Assembly (NCBI GenBank): GCA_028534125.1
Contig: CM052818.1
Span: 27,654,001 to 27,718,000, forward strand
Reading direction: 5' to 3'
DNA length: 64,000 bases
From: Lama glama
Taxonomy: Eukaryota
Part shown: positions 63,576 through 64,000 of the stretch, in pieces
How positions within the stretch are numbered: position 1 is the first letter of the stretch
Layout: the number at the start of each line of letters is the position of its first letter
Notes under the pieces: model-generated
Databases searched by the model: none
What the model was told of the DNA's origin: nothing
The model's input: only the letters and a program-made list of their open reading frames with translations
Translations under genes and position numbers: made by a program

Positions 63576-64000
63576 TATCCCCTTCAGTGGCAAGTCTTTT
63601 AGTGTGAGTAGAACAGCTGGAAATAAAGCTTCAAATATAGACTGGGATTCTGTGCAAATACTTTGCCAGATATGATGAACACTACTCTATGGGAACAACA
63701 ACAACAAAACTATTAAAGGGTTTTTGTTGTAGAATAATCAAATTAATGTAGAGGTAAACTGAAAGAGTGAGAAATTAGGAGTGGCGGGAAAAGGTAGGAG
63801 GCTATTACAAGAAATCAGTAAAGAACTGATGAAAATCTTAACCAAGGAACTATCCGAGAAGATGAGGAACAAATAATATACTTTGGAAATATTTAGTATG
63901 TTTTGACTGGAGGATAAGAATTATAACTTTTGGGATTCTGCATTGTAAACCATTAATTGAAAGGGATTACAAGAGGAGAAGAATGGAGACAATATTTCCA

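Noticed and set aside
1..64000. All ORFs in the supplied six-frame track as protein-coding genes
   Set aside because: All are 125 aa or shorter, many start at GTG/TTG or lie in repeats or microsatellites, none matches a protein I recognise apart from decayed transposon frames, and no consistent exon chain emerges.

Overview
This is AT-rich, CpG-depleted eutherian mammal DNA, most likely camelid (alpaca, llama or camel). The assignment rests on three copies of a tRNA-Ala-derived SINE resembling Vic-1 and two young L1 3' tails of the camelid type. I find no credible protein-coding gene, RNA gene, CRISPR array or prokaryote-type system. The listed ORFs are chance ORFs or decayed transposon frames (L1 endonuclease, Tigger7 and Charlie1 transposases). 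The window looks intergenic or deep-intronic and is dense in interspersed repeats: L1M, L2, MIR, MaLR/ERVL/ERV1 LTRs and Tigger/hAT DNA transposons. The most unusual item is a ~190 bp ERV1-LTR fragment at 612-799 with a poly(A) signal, poly(A) tail, target-site duplication (TSD) and L1-endonuclease-like site. It looks like an LTR transcript retroposed by L1, and a related intact solo LTR lies at 26105-26737. Also notable are a near-perfect 113 bp tandem duplication, two perfect hairpins suggestive of template switching, and a few weak candidate non-coding exons and transcription-factor motifs. Repeat subfamily names come from my recall of consensus sequences, not from a search, and boundaries of old repeats are approximate.
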